Assembly (NCBI GenBank): GCA_963697485.1
Contig: CAVOOD010000007.1
Span: 190,611 to 254,610, forward strand
DNA: 64,000 bases
DNA from: an uncultured beta proteobacterium
GTDB taxonomy: Bacteria; Pseudomonadota; Gammaproteobacteria; Burkholderiales; Casimicrobiaceae
Reading direction: 5' to 3'
This document shows positions 8,932 through 18,467 of the stretch, one piece after another. Within the stretch, counting starts at the first letter, position 1. The number at the start of each line of letters is the position of its first letter. A program made the translations under genes and the position numbers. The notes under the pieces were generated by a model, which saw nothing but the letters and a program-made list of their open reading frames with translations, searched no databases and had not been told where the DNA came from.

Positions 8932-10662
8932 GTGAGCTTTGTCCTGCACGGCATCGGCGTTTCAGGCGGCGTCGCCATCGGCCGGGCGCAGCTGGTCTCG
9001 CACGCAACGCTGGAAGTCGACCACTACGCGATCCGCCCCGAGCAAGTCGCGGCCGAGATCGACCGGCTGACGCTCGCATTGCGGGCGGTCCAGAAGGAGC
9101 TCGAGGCGCTGCACGGCGCGATGACGTCGGGCGATGCGCCGGCCGAATTCGGCGCATTCCTCGACGTTCATTGGATGATCCTGACCGATCCGACGCTTTC
9201 CGAGGCGCCGAAGCGGATGATCGCCGACCAGCTGTGCAACGCCGAATGGGCGCTGACGCAGCAGATGAACGTGCTGGTCGAGCAGTTCGAGTCGATCGAG
9301 GACCCGTACCTGCGCGAGCGCAAGGCCGATGTCGTCCAGGTGGTCGAGCGCGTGCTCAAGGTCCTGCTTGGCAAAGCGCAGCGGCGTCCCGCCAGCGCCG
9401 AAGACGAGACGATCCTGGTCGCGCACGATCTGTCGCCGGCAGACGTCATTCAGTTCAAGAGCCACCATTTCGCCGCGTTCCTGACCGACCTGGGCGGCGC
9501 GAGCTCGCACACCGCGATCGTCGCGCGCAGCCTCAACGTCCCGGCCGTCGTGGCGACGCACAACGCGCGCGGCCTGATCCGCGAGCACGAGCTGTTGATC
9601 GTCGACGGCGCCAAGAACGTCGTCATCGTCAATCCCGACCGTTCGGTGCTCGCCGAGTACCGGCTGAAGCAGGGCGAGATCGAGCTCGCGCGCAAGAAGC
9701 TCAAGCGTCTCAAGACGACGCGCGCGACGACGATCGACGGCACCGACATCGAGCTGTTCGCCAACATCGAGCTGCCCGACGATCTCGATCAGGCGCTGGA
9801 CAACGGCGCCGGAGGCATCGGGCTTTTCCGCAGCGAGTTCCTGTTTCTCAATCGCCAGGGACTGCCTTCGGAGGACGAGCAGTTCGAGGCGTACCGGCAG
9901 GTCGCTGCCGGCATGCGCGGCAAGCCGGTGGTCATTCGCACGTTCGATCTCGGCGCCGACAAGAGCAAGGAGGGTCTCGACGGGCTGGTGCGCGTCGCGC
10001 CGAATCCTGCGCTGGGATTGCGCGCGGTGCGCTTTTGCCTCGCCGAGCCGCGGCTGTTCCTGACGCAGCTCCGGGCGATCCTGCGCGCATCGCATTACGG
10101 CAACATCCGGATCCTGCTGCCGATGCTCGCCTCGATCGCCGAAATCGATCAGACGCTGGTGCTGCTCGCGCAGGCCAAGGGCAGCCTGCTCGAGCGCGGC
10201 GTGCCGTTCAATCCGTCGATCGAGGTCGGCGGCATGATCGAAATTCCGGCCGCGGTGCTCACGATCGAGCCGTTCGCGCGCCGGCTGGATTTCCTGTCGA
10301 TCGGCACCAACGACCTGATCCAGTACACGCTGGCCGTCGATCGCGCCGACGAAGCCGTTTCGCATCTCTACGATCCGCTGCATCCGGCGGTGCTCAAGCT
10401 GATCGCGCTGGCGATCGCGACGGCGAACAAGGTCGGTGTTCCCATCGCCGTCTGCGGCGAAATGGCCGGTGAAGTACGCCTGACGCGCCTGTTGCTCGGC
10501 ATGGGCCTGCGCAACTTTTCGATGCATCCGGCGCATCTGCTGGCGGTCAAGCAGCGCGTGCTGATGACCGACGTCGGCGAGATCCGGCCGCTGGTCAGGC
10601 GCCTGCTGCGCGGCGAGGAGACGGTGAAGGTCGCCGCCCTGCTCGAGAAGCTCAATGATTGA
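8932..10662 (+). CDS. ptsI: Phosphoenolpyruvate-protein phosphotransferase (PTS enzyme I)
   Basis: 576 aa. GGASSHTAIVARSL is the active His region. GLFRSEFLF, IRTFDLGADK and SIGTNDLIQY are also present. Confidence 0.93.
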   Translation: MSFVLHGIGVSGGVAIGRAQLVSHATLEVDHYAIRPEQVAAEIDRLTLALRAVQKELEALHGAMTSGDAPAEFGAFLDVHWMILTDPTLSEAPKRMIADQLCNAEWALTQQMNVLVEQFESIEDPYLRERKADVVQVVERVLKVLLGKAQRRPASAEDETILVAHDLSPADVIQFKSHHFAAFLTDLGGASSHTAIVARSLNVPAVVATHNARGLIREHELLIVDGAKNVVIVNPDRSVLAEYRLKQGEIELARKKLKRLKTTRATTIDGTDIELFANIELPDDLDQALDNGAGGIGLFRSEFLFLNRQGLPSEDEQFEAYRQVAAGMRGKPVVIRTFDLGADKSKEGLDGLVRVAPNPALGLRAVRFCLAEPRLFLTQLRAILRASHYGNIRILLPMLASIAEIDQTLVLLAQAKGSLLERGVPFNPSIEVGGMIEIPAAVLTIEPFARRLDFLSIGTNDLIQYTLAVDRADEAVSHLYDPLHPAVLKLIALAIATANKVGVPIAVCGEMAGEVRLTRLLLGMGLRNFSMHPAHLLAVKQRVLMTDVGEIRPLVRRLLRGEETVKVAALLEKLND

Positions 10663-10696
10663 CTTTCGCCTGCGCGGCGCTAGACTAGAACCCACG

Positions 10697-10737
10697 CGCC
10701 GATTTGACGATCAGCTTGCGGGCGCAAGGGAAGCTTC
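10697..10737 (+). ncRNA. Candidate SAM-II-like riboswitch aptamer in the metX leader (unverified)
   Basis: cGATTTgacgatcaGCTTGCgggcGCAAgggAAGCTt has a U-rich tract, a CUUGC/GCAAG hairpin and a 3' AAGCU complementary to the AGCUU just 5' of the hairpin. This is the kind of layout recalled for SAM-II elements upstream of metX/metA. Confidence 0.3.
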
Positions 10738-10784
10738 TTCGCGGTTTCCCTGACAAATACGGCTAAAGCGGCGACGGAGATCCG

Positions 10785-10820
10785 AACCCGATTGGCGCCA
10801 AGCTGGTCGGGTTTTTTATT
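10785..10820 (+). terminator. Intrinsic terminator or attenuator hairpin between ptsI and metX
   Basis: 7-bp stem aacccga/tcgggtt (10785-10791 and 10807-10813) with a 15-nt loop, followed by ttttatt. Confidence 0.5.
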
Positions 10821-10860
10821 GTCTCGAATATCGCCGCGCGGCGACAGCGCCGCTTTTGCC

Positions 10861-12000
10861 TTGACTCGGACGCCTGCTTCAGTGGGTCTGGTGACGCCCC
10901 AGCGTGCGGCGTTCGATGCGCCGCTCGCGCTGCGCTCCGGCGCGACCTTGCCGGCGTTCGAGCTCGTCTACGAGACCTACGGGACGCTCAACGCCGCGCG
11001 ATCGAATGCGATCCTGATCTGCCACGCGCTGAACGCTTCGCACCATGTCGCCGGCACCCACGCCGGACAGAACGAAAGCGAAGGCTGGTGGGACAACATG
11101 GTCGGCCCGGGCAAGCCGGTCGACACCGACCGCTTTTTCGTCGTCGGCGTCAACAATCTCGGCAGCTGCTTCGGCTCGACCGGCCCCGCGTCGATCAACC
11201 CGGCTACGGCTAAGCCCTGGGGCGCCGATTTCCCGATCGTCACCGTCGAAGACTGGGTCGACGCGCAGGCGCGGCTGGCCGACCGGCTGGAGATCGGGCG
11301 CTTCGCCGCGGTGATGGGCGGCAGCCTCGGCGGCATGCAGGCGCTCGCCTGGGCGATCCGCTATCCGCAGCGGATCGGACGCGCGCTGGTGATCGCGGCG
11401 GCGCCGAACCTCTCCGCGCAGAACATCGCATTCAACGAAGTCGCGCGCGCGGCGATCATGACCGATCCCGACTTCCACGCCGGCCGTTACTACGATTACG
11501 GCGTCAAGCCGCTGCGCGGCTTGCGCGTCGCGCGCATGGTCGGGCACATCACCTACATCTCCGACGAACAGATGGGCGAGCGCTTCGGACGCCAGTTGCG
11601 CGAGGGCCTCAACTACTCGTTCGCGCCCGAGTTCGAGATCGAGTCGTACCTGCGCTACCAGGGCGAGAAGTTCGCCGAGTACTTCGATGCCAACACCTAT
11701 CTCGGCATCACCAAGGCGCTCGACTACTTCGACCCGGCGTCGGCCACCGGCGGCGACCTGGCGCAGGCGCTTTCGCCGGCGCGCTGCCGCTTTCTGGTGA
11801 TCTCATTCACCACCGACTGGCGTTTCTCGCCGGCGCGGTCGAGAGAGATCGTCAAGGCGCTGGTCGACAACCGGCGCGACGTCTGCTATGCCGAGATCGT
11901 CGCCCCGCACGGACACGACGCCTTCCTGCTCGACACGCCGCAGTATCACGCGATCGTGCGCGCGTATCTCGCGCGCGCGGCGGAGGAGCAAGCCAGTTGA
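10861..12000 (+). CDS. metX: Homoserine O-acyltransferase MetX (acetyl- or succinyl-transferring)
   Basis: [31 protein letters not shown] and [10 protein letters not shown] (nucleophile elbow). The start is uncertain: TTG 10861 or GTG 10882. The ORF-track start at 10792 lies inside the upstream hairpin. Confidence 0.9.
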   Translation: MTRTPASVGLVTPQRAAFDAPLALRSGATLPAFELVYETYGTLNAARSNAILICHALNASHHVAGTHAGQNESEGWWDNMVGPGKPVDTDRFFVVGVNNLGSCFGSTGPASINPATAKPWGADFPIVTVEDWVDAQARLADRLEIGRFAAVMGGSLGGMQALAWAIRYPQRIGRALVIAAAPNLSAQNIAFNEVARAAIMTDPDFHAGRYYDYGVKPLRGLRVARMVGHITYISDEQMGERFGRQLREGLNYSFAPEFEIESYLRYQGEKFAEYFDANTYLGITKALDYFDPASATGGDLAQALSPARCRFLVISFTTDWRFSPARSREIVKALVDNRRDVCYAEIVAPHGHDAFLLDTPQYHAIVRAYLARAAEEQAS

Positions 12001-12596
12001 GCTATTCGACCCGCGCCGACTTCTCGACGATCGCCGGCTGGATCGCGGCGAACGCCCGCGTGCTCGACCTGGGCTGCGGCGACGGCAGCCTGCTCGCGTA
12101 CCTGCGCGAGTCGCGCGGCGCGTTCGGCTATGGCATCGAAATCGACGACGCCGGCGTGCTGGCGTCGATCGGCAACGGCGTCAACGTCATCCAGAGCGAC
12201 CTGGAAAGCGGGCTCGCCGGTTTCGACAGCCGGTCGTTCGACAGCGTGATCCTGTCGCAGACCTTGCAGGCGATGCGGCACACCGAACAAATCGTGCTCG
12301 AGATGCTGCGGGTCGGTCGCGAAGCGATCGTCACCTTCCCGAACTTCGGGCACTGGTCGCACCGGATGCAGGTGCTGCGGGGACGCATGCCGGTGTCGAA
12401 GAACCTCCCCTACCAGTGGTACGACACGCCGAACATCCACCTGTGCACGGTGGCCGATTTCGACGCGTTCTGCGCGGCCCGCCGCTTCGACGTGCTCGAG
12501 CGCGTCGTGCTGCATGATGCCCGGAACGTGACGATGCTGCCGAACCTGTTCGGCTCGCTCGCCATCTATCGCTTCCGGCAGGGCGCCGCCGCCTAA
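11997..12596 (+). CDS. metW: Methionine biosynthesis protein MetW
   Basis: [15 protein letters not shown] methyltransferase-like fold and the MetW-typical FPNFGHW and [12 protein letters not shown]. It overlaps the metX stop. Confidence 0.9.
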   Translation: MSYSTRADFSTIAGWIAANARVLDLGCGDGSLLAYLRESRGAFGYGIEIDDAGVLASIGNGVNVIQSDLESGLAGFDSRSFDSVILSQTLQAMRHTEQIVLEMLRVGREAIVTFPNFGHWSHRMQVLRGRMPVSKNLPYQWYDTPNIHLCTVADFDAFCAARRFDVLERVVLHDARNVTMLPNLFGSLAIYRFRQGAAA

Positions 12597-12632
12597 AAGC
12601 GCCGCGCCTGCGTAGCGCGGCGCTTCGCTACA

Positions 12633-13919
12633 ATGCCGGCGATGGGTGACTCGAGGCCGCCGCTGGCCAAAGCGCTGTTCAACCGCCGGATGCTGATCTG
12701 CATCTTCACCGGCTTCAGCTCCGGGCTGCCGCTTTACATACTGATCAATCTGCTGCCGGCGTGGCTTCGCACCGAGCACGTCGACCTGAAGGCGATCGGC
12801 CTGTTCGCGCTGATCGGCTTGCCGTTCACCTGGAAATTCATCTGGTCACCGCTGGTCGATCGCTACGCGCTGCCGCTGCTCGGGCGGCGGCGCGGCTGGA
12901 TGCTGGTCACGCAGGTCGCGCTGATCGCGTCGCTGCCTCTGTTCGGCACGCTCGAGCCGCAGCAGGATTTGTGGACGATCGCCTACCTTGCCACGGCGGT
13001 CGCGTTTTTCGCCGCGACGCAGGACATCGTCCTCGACGCCTATCGCCGCGAGCTGCTGCCCGAGGTCGAGCTGGGTCTGGGCAACGCGATCCACGTGCAG
13101 GCCTACCGGATTTCGAGCCTCGTTCCCGGCGCGCTGTCGCTGATCCTCGCCGACCGGCTGCCCTGGCAGAGCGTCTTTTTCATCACCGCGCTGTTCATGC
13201 TGCCGGGCATCGTCAACACGCTGCTGATCGACGAGCCCGCACTGTCGCGCGCGGCGCCGCGCACGCTGCGCGAGGCGGTCGTCGAGCCGTTTCACGAATT
13301 CATCACGCGCGCCGGCTGGCGGCAGGCGCTGCTCGTGCTCGGCTTCATTTTTCTCTACAAGCTCGGCGACAGCATGGCGACCGCGCTGGCGACGCCGTTC
13401 TATCTGGACATCGGCTTCACGATGTCGGAGATCGGCCTGATCGCCAAGAACGCCGGGCTGTGGGCGAGCGTATTCGGCGGCTTGCTCGGCGGCATCTGGA
13501 TGCTCAGGATCGGCATCAATCGCGGACTGTGGCTGTTCGGCGCGGTCCAGGTCTTCTCGATCCTCGGCTTTGCCTGGCTCGCGTACGTCAATCAGCCGGA
13601 CCGGCTGCTGCTGGCCGGCGTCATCGCCTTCGAGGCGCTCGGCGTCGGACTGGGCACCGCTGCATTCACCGCGTTCATCGCGCGCACCACCGATCCGCGC
13701 TACACGGCGACGCAGTTCGCGCTGTTCACGAGCCTCGCCGCCGTGCCGCGTTCGCTGATCAACGCGACGACCGGGTGGATCGTCGACGCCATCGGATGGT
13801 TCGACTTCTATCTGCTGTGCATGGCGCTGGCGCTGCCCGGCATGGCGCTCTTGTTGCGCGTGGCGCCGTGGAATGCGCCGACTCCCGGCGCGGAACCGCC
13901 TCCGCCGGTCAAGGCATAG
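12633..13919 (+). CDS. ampG: AmpG-family muropeptide MFS permease
   Basis: FTGFSSGLPLYILINLLPAWL and FTWKFIWSPLVDRY are characteristic of AmpG. The protein has 12-14 predicted TM segments. Confidence 0.88.
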   Translation: MPAMGDSRPPLAKALFNRRMLICIFTGFSSGLPLYILINLLPAWLRTEHVDLKAIGLFALIGLPFTWKFIWSPLVDRYALPLLGRRRGWMLVTQVALIASLPLFGTLEPQQDLWTIAYLATAVAFFAATQDIVLDAYRRELLPEVELGLGNAIHVQAYRISSLVPGALSLILADRLPWQSVFFITALFMLPGIVNTLLIDEPALSRAAPRTLREAVVEPFHEFITRAGWRQALLVLGFIFLYKLGDSMATALATPFYLDIGFTMSEIGLIAKNAGLWASVFGGLLGGIWMLRIGINRGLWLFGAVQVFSILGFAWLAYVNQPDRLLLAGVIAFEALGVGLGTAAFTAFIARTTDPRYTATQFALFTSLAAVPRSLINATTGWIVDAIGWFDFYLLCMALALPGMALLLRVAPWNAPTPGAEPPPPVKA

Positions 13920-13941
13920 CGAACGCGGCACGAACCGCGCC

Positions 13942-15866
13942 TTAGCCGGCGGCGCGCTCGAGCGCTTCGTGCAGCTCGAGCCACTCGGCCTCGTCGCGCG
14001 CGAGCTCCCAGGCTAGGTCGCCGCGCCGCGCGAGCGAAGCGATCAGCCGCTCCTTGTTCTCTTCGATGTAGGCCTCGGAGGTCGCGAGCCATTCGTCGAG
14101 CCCGCGTTTTTCTGTCGACAAGAGATCGATCCTCTGCTCGATGCGTTCGATCTTCTGCTGCAGCGGCTTGCGCAGCTCCGACAGGCGCTGCCTCGTCTCG
14201 CGCTTCGGCGCGCTTTTGCGTCTTGCGGTCGGGCGACGCGGTTGCGGCATCGGCCACCGTCGCCGCGCTCTCGCGTCCGCGTCCGGCCAGCACCCATTGC
14301 CGGTAGTCGTCCAGGTCGCCGTCGAACTGCGCAAGCGCGCCGTCGGCGACCAGCCAGAGCTCGTCGGCGGTGGCGCGCAGCAGGTGGCGGTCGTGCGCGA
14401 CGACGATCAGCGCCCCGGTGTAGTCCTGCAGCGCCTCGGTCAGCGCTTCGCGCATGTCGATGTCGAGATGATTGGTCGGTTCGTCGAGCAGCAGCAGATT
14501 CGGCCGCTGCCGCACCAGCAGCGCGAGCGTTAGGCGCGCCTTTTCTCCGCCGGAAAATTCCCGCACCGGCGCGCTGACCCGGTCGCCGCGAAAATCGAAG
14601 CCGCCGAGAAAGTCGCGAAACGCCTGCTCGCGCGTCCCGGGCTCGATCTGCTGCAGATGCCACAGCGCGCTCTGGTCGAGGCGAAGCTGCTCGACCTGGT
14701 GCTGGGCAAAATAGCCGATCGACAGACCCTGCGCCGCCAGGCGTTCGCCGCTCGCAGGTTCGAGCTCGCCGGCGATCGCGCGCAACAGCGTCGATTTGCC
14801 CGCGCCGTTGGGACCGAGGAGACCGATCCGCGCCCCGGCCAGGATCGCCCAGTCGACGCCGGTGAGTATCGCCTTGCCGCCGTAGCCCAGCGTCACGTGA
14901 TCGAGCTTCAGCAGCTGTCGCGCGCGGATGGTGGTGGCCGGAAATTCGAACGAGAACGGACTGTCGACGTGCGCCGCGGCGATCAGCTCCATCCGTTCGA
15001 GCGCCTTGATCCGGCTTTGCGCCTGCCTGGCCTTGGTCGCCTTGGCGCGGAAGCGATCGATATACGAGCGCAGGTGCGCGATCTGCTTCTGCTGCTTGAC
15101 ATAGGCCGAATGCTGCGACGCCAGCACCAGCGCGCGCTCGCGCTCGAACTGGGTGTAGTTGCCGGTGTAGAGGCGCAGCTTGTTGCTTTCGAGGTGCGCG
15201 ATCTCGGTGACGACCGCGTCGAGAAAGTCGCGATCGTGCGCGATCAGCAGCAGGGTGCCCGGATAGCGCGCCAGCCAGTCCTCCAGCCAGAGCACGGCGT
15301 CGAGGTCGAGATGGTTGGTCGGCTCGTCGAGCAACAACAGGTCGGAACGGCACATCAGCGCCTGCGCGAGATTCAAGCGCATCCGCCAGCCGCCGGAAAA
15401 GCTCGCCACCGGCTCGCTCTGGCGCGCGGCGCTGAAACCCAGGCCCGCGAGCAGCGACGCTGCCCGCGCGCGGGCGCTGTAGCCGCCGATCGCCTCGAAG
15501 CGGTGATGCAGCTCGGCCAGCTGCTCGCCGCCGGCGTGCGGATCGGTCTCCGCCGTCGCTTCGGCGTCCTGCAGCGCGCGCTGGACCTGGCGCAGTTCGG
15601 CGTCGCCGTCGAGGACATAGTCGATCGCCGGCGACCGCGACCGCCGGCGTTTCCTGCGCCACGTGCGCGATCACCCACGCCGGCGGCAGCGCCACCTCTC
15701 CCGCGTCCTGCGAGAGCTCGCCGCGCAGGAGCGCGAACAGCGACGACTTGCCGCTGCCGTTGGCCCCGATCAGGCCGACCTTGTGTCCCGCGTGCACGGT
15801 CAGCGACGCGCCTTCGAGCAGACGCTTGTTGCCGCGGGACAGCGTGAGATTGCTCAGTCGCAGCAT
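13942..15866 (-). pseudogene. yheS: ABC-F family ATPase YheS-like, at least 2 frame breaks (near 15635 and 14200)
   Basis: MLRLSNLTLSRG..GANGSGKSS; SFSGGWRMRLNLAQALMCRSDLLLLDEPTNHLDLDAV; YIDRFRAKATKARQAQSRIKALERME; a second cassette [20 protein letters not shown]; and a coiled-coil C-terminus in a third frame. Confidence 0.88.
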
Positions 15867-15876
15867 CGTGGAGGCG

Positions 15877-15924
15877 CTACAGCACATAGTCGTAGTCGAT
15901 GATCAGCGGAGCGTGATCGGACAA
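15877..15924 (-). other. Relic copy of the xthA 3' end (last 15 codons plus stop)
   Basis: The segment translates to LSDHAPLIIDYDYVL-stop, identical over SDHAPLIIDYDYVL to the end of xthA at 16012-16059. It differs at synonymous positions and in the stop codon (TAG versus TGA). Confidence 0.8.
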
Positions 15925-16011
15925 CGCGGCGCGTAGCGCCTCGTTGCGGCGTAGGCTAACCTGCGCACGCAGGTTAAGCGCGCAGCGCGGCCGAAGCCAA
16001 AATCGCCGCGG

Positions 16012-16785
16012 TCACAGCACATAGTCATAGTCGATGATCAGCGGGGCGTGATCGGAGAATCTCCGGTTCGTATAGATCGCCGCCGTCCGCGCTGTCGCGG
16101 CGATGCCCGCCGTCGCGATCTGGTAATCGATACGCCATCCGACGTTCTTCGCCCAGGCCTGGCCGCGATTCGACCACCAGGTGTACTGGTCGGGTTCGCG
16201 ATTGATCCGGCGAAAGACATCGACAAAGCCCAGCTCGTCGAACACCCGCGTCAGCCACGCCCGCTCTTCCGGCAGGAATCCGGAATTCTTCTGGTTGCTG
16301 CGCCAGTTTTTGAGATCGATCGGCTGGTGCGCGATGTTCCAGTCGCCGCAAAGGATTACTTCGCGTCCGGCGTCGCGCAGCTGCTCGAGGTGCGGCAGGA
16401 ATTGGGCGAGGAAGCGGAACTTGGCGAGTTGGCGCTCCGGCGAGCTCGACCCGGACGGCAGATAGACGCTGATCACGGTGAGCTTGCCGAAGTCGGCCTC
16501 CAGATAGCGGCCCTCGGCGTCGAACTCGCTGCTGCCGAAACCGCTGCGCACCGGCACCGCGCGGCGGGCGTACAAAGCGACGCCGCTGTACCCCTTCTTT
16601 TGCGCGTGATGGAACGCGGCGTGCGATTTTCGCGGCGCCCGCAGCGCCTTCGGCACGTCGTCGGGATGAGCCTTGATCTCCTGCAGGCACACGACATCCC
16701 ATGGCTCGATCCGCGACAGCCATCGCACGAGACCTTTGCGCTCCGCGGAGCGGATGCCGTTGACGTTGAGTGTGACGATGCGCAT
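16012..16785 (-). CDS. xthA: Exodeoxyribonuclease III
   Basis: MRIVTLNVNGIRSA, VVCLQEIK, CGDWNIAH and RFSDHAPLIIDY are the EEP nuclease motifs. The start at ATG 16785 is preferred over the long ORF-track extension. Confidence 0.92.
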   Translation of the reverse strand: MRIVTLNVNGIRSAERKGLVRWLSRIEPWDVVCLQEIKAHPDDVPKALRAPRKSHAAFHHAQKKGYSGVALYARRAVPVRSGFGSSEFDAEGRYLEADFGKLTVISVYLPSGSSSPERQLAKFRFLAQFLPHLEQLRDAGREVILCGDWNIAHQPIDLKNWRSNQKNSGFLPEERAWLTRVFDELGFVDVFRRINREPDQYTWWSNRGQAWAKNVGWRIDYQIATAGIAATARTAAIYTNRRFSDHAPLIIDYDYVL

Positions 16786-16917
16786 GTCGAGTGGGGTCGG
16801 CCGGACGCTGCCGCGGCGCGAAAGTTTACACGAGGACCCGCTCCCTTCGCCTCGGCGCCGGCGACGAGGGTCGCGCGGTATAATTTGCGGCCGAACCGCG
16901 CCCGCGCAACGCCTTTC

Positions 16918-17562
16918 ATGTCCGATTTCCGCCAGGAATTCCTCGAGTTTGCCTTGGCACGCGACGTGCTTCGATTTGGTGCGTTCGTCACCAAGGCGGG
17001 CCGCAAGACACCTTACTTTTTCAACGCGGGGCTGTTCAACGACGGAGCGAGTTTGGGCGAGCTGGGTCGGTACTACGCCACGGCGTATCTGGCCTCGGAG
17101 GTGCGTTGCGATCAACTGTACGGCCCGGCCTACAAAGGCATAACGCTGGCCGCGGTGACGGCTGTCGCCCTCGCCGCAAAAGGTCACAATCTGCCGTACA
17201 GTTTCAATCGCAAGGAAGCCAAGGATCACGGCGAGGGTGGCGTGATCGTCGGCGCCGCGCTCAAAGGCAGGGTGCTGATCGTCGACGACGTCATTACCGA
17301 CGGCGGGGCGAAGCGCGAGGCGATCGAGCTGATCCGATCCCATGGCGCGGTCGCCGCCGGTGTGCTTATCGCCTTCGATCGGATGGAACGCGGCCGCGGC
17401 GAGCGCTCCGCGGTGCAGGAGTTGGAACAGGAATTCGGCATTCCGGTCGTCGCGATCGCGACGCTCGATGACTTGCTGGGACTGCTGGCCCGGCGCAAGG
17501 ACCTGGCGCAACAAAGGCGTGAAGTGCTCTCGTATCGCGAGCAATTTGGCGCCGCCGCTTGA
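16918..17562 (+). CDS. pyrE: Orotate phosphoribosyltransferase
   Basis: FGAFVTKAGRKTPYFFN, YGPAYKGITLA and VLIVDDVITDGGAKRE (PRPP-binding loop). Confidence 0.93.
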   Translation: MSDFRQEFLEFALARDVLRFGAFVTKAGRKTPYFFNAGLFNDGASLGELGRYYATAYLASEVRCDQLYGPAYKGITLAAVTAVALAAKGHNLPYSFNRKEAKDHGEGGVIVGAALKGRVLIVDDVITDGGAKREAIELIRSHGAVAAGVLIAFDRMERGRGERSAVQELEQEFGIPVVAIATLDDLLGLLARRKDLAQQRREVLSYREQFGAAA

Positions 17563-17599
17563 GGCGGCGCGAATCACCGGAATCAGGAAAAGGCTTATC

Positions 17600-18363
17600 G
17601 TGAAAGTTAGCGAATTTCGGTTGTCGGCTTTCGGACTGGCGGGCGCGCTCGCCGTCCTGGGCCTCGTCTGCGGCGCGGGCACGGCCGCCGGCGCGGGGAT
17701 GTACAAATGGGTGGACGACCAGGGGGTGGTCCACTATACCGACCGCATACCTCCGGAGTCGGTCAGCAAGGGCGCCACCGTGCTGGACAAGCAGGGGCGA
17801 TCGGTCAAGACGATCGATCCGGCGCCGACGGCGGAGCAGCGCAAGGCGATCGAGGTCGAGGCCGAGCGGCAGCGCGAGCTCGCCAAGCTGGACGCCGAGC
17901 AGGCGCGACGCGACCGGGCGCTGACCCAGTCTTTCAGCAGTGAAGCGGAGATCGACGTCGCCCGGGCTCGCGCCGTGTCGACAATGGAGGCGCAACTGAC
18001 GACGATCGGTGCGTACATCGCCGACATGACGCGCCGCGAGCAGGATCTGGAAAAGCGCAAGGCTGGCTACGGAACCAAACCGGTGCCACGCGGCGCTGGA
18101 CAACGAGCTCAATTCGGTCAATGAAGAACTGGCGCGGCAGAGCCGCGCTGCTCGCCCAGAAAAAAGAGGCGCTCGCCGCCGTCGGCAAGAAGTACGACGC
18201 CGACAAGCAGCGCTGGCAGGAGATCAAGCTGGAACAGGACCAGGCGGCCGAACGGCAACGCGCGGCCGACTTGCAGAAGGCCAGCGCGCCGCCGACCGCA
18301 GACTCGCGGCAAGAGCGCGTCAGCAACACCCCCCGGCACGACGCGCTAACGGTCCTGCCCTAG
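17600..18363 (+). pseudogene. DUF4124-domain periplasmic coiled-coil protein, two frame breaks (near 18085 and 18145)
   Basis: Signal peptide, then MYKWVDDQGVVHYTDRIP (DUF4124 signature). The coiled-coil tail continues across three frames (..ALDNELNSVNEELARQ.. then ..KKEALAAVGKKYDADKQRW..). Confidence 0.7.
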
Positions 18364-18467
18364 GGCTCGCCTCGCCCCGCGAGCCCGCGGATTATCGCCG
18401 CACATCGGCGATAATCACGCCTTGCGGCGTCTTCGCGCCGTTTCCATCCAAGAACGTCAGGAATTCC

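Noticed and set aside
8962-10695. 577-aa ORF antisense to ptsI, and the 433-aa alternative-frame ORF 9171..10472
   Set aside because: They have no recognisable motifs and an extreme Arg/Asp/Gln composition. ptsI on the plus strand is intact and explains the region.
16786-17706. N-terminal 307-aa extension of the xthA ORF (ORF 16012..17706)
   Set aside because: The extension is antisense to pyrE and crosses the divergent promoter region. XthA homology starts at MRIVTLNVNG (16785).
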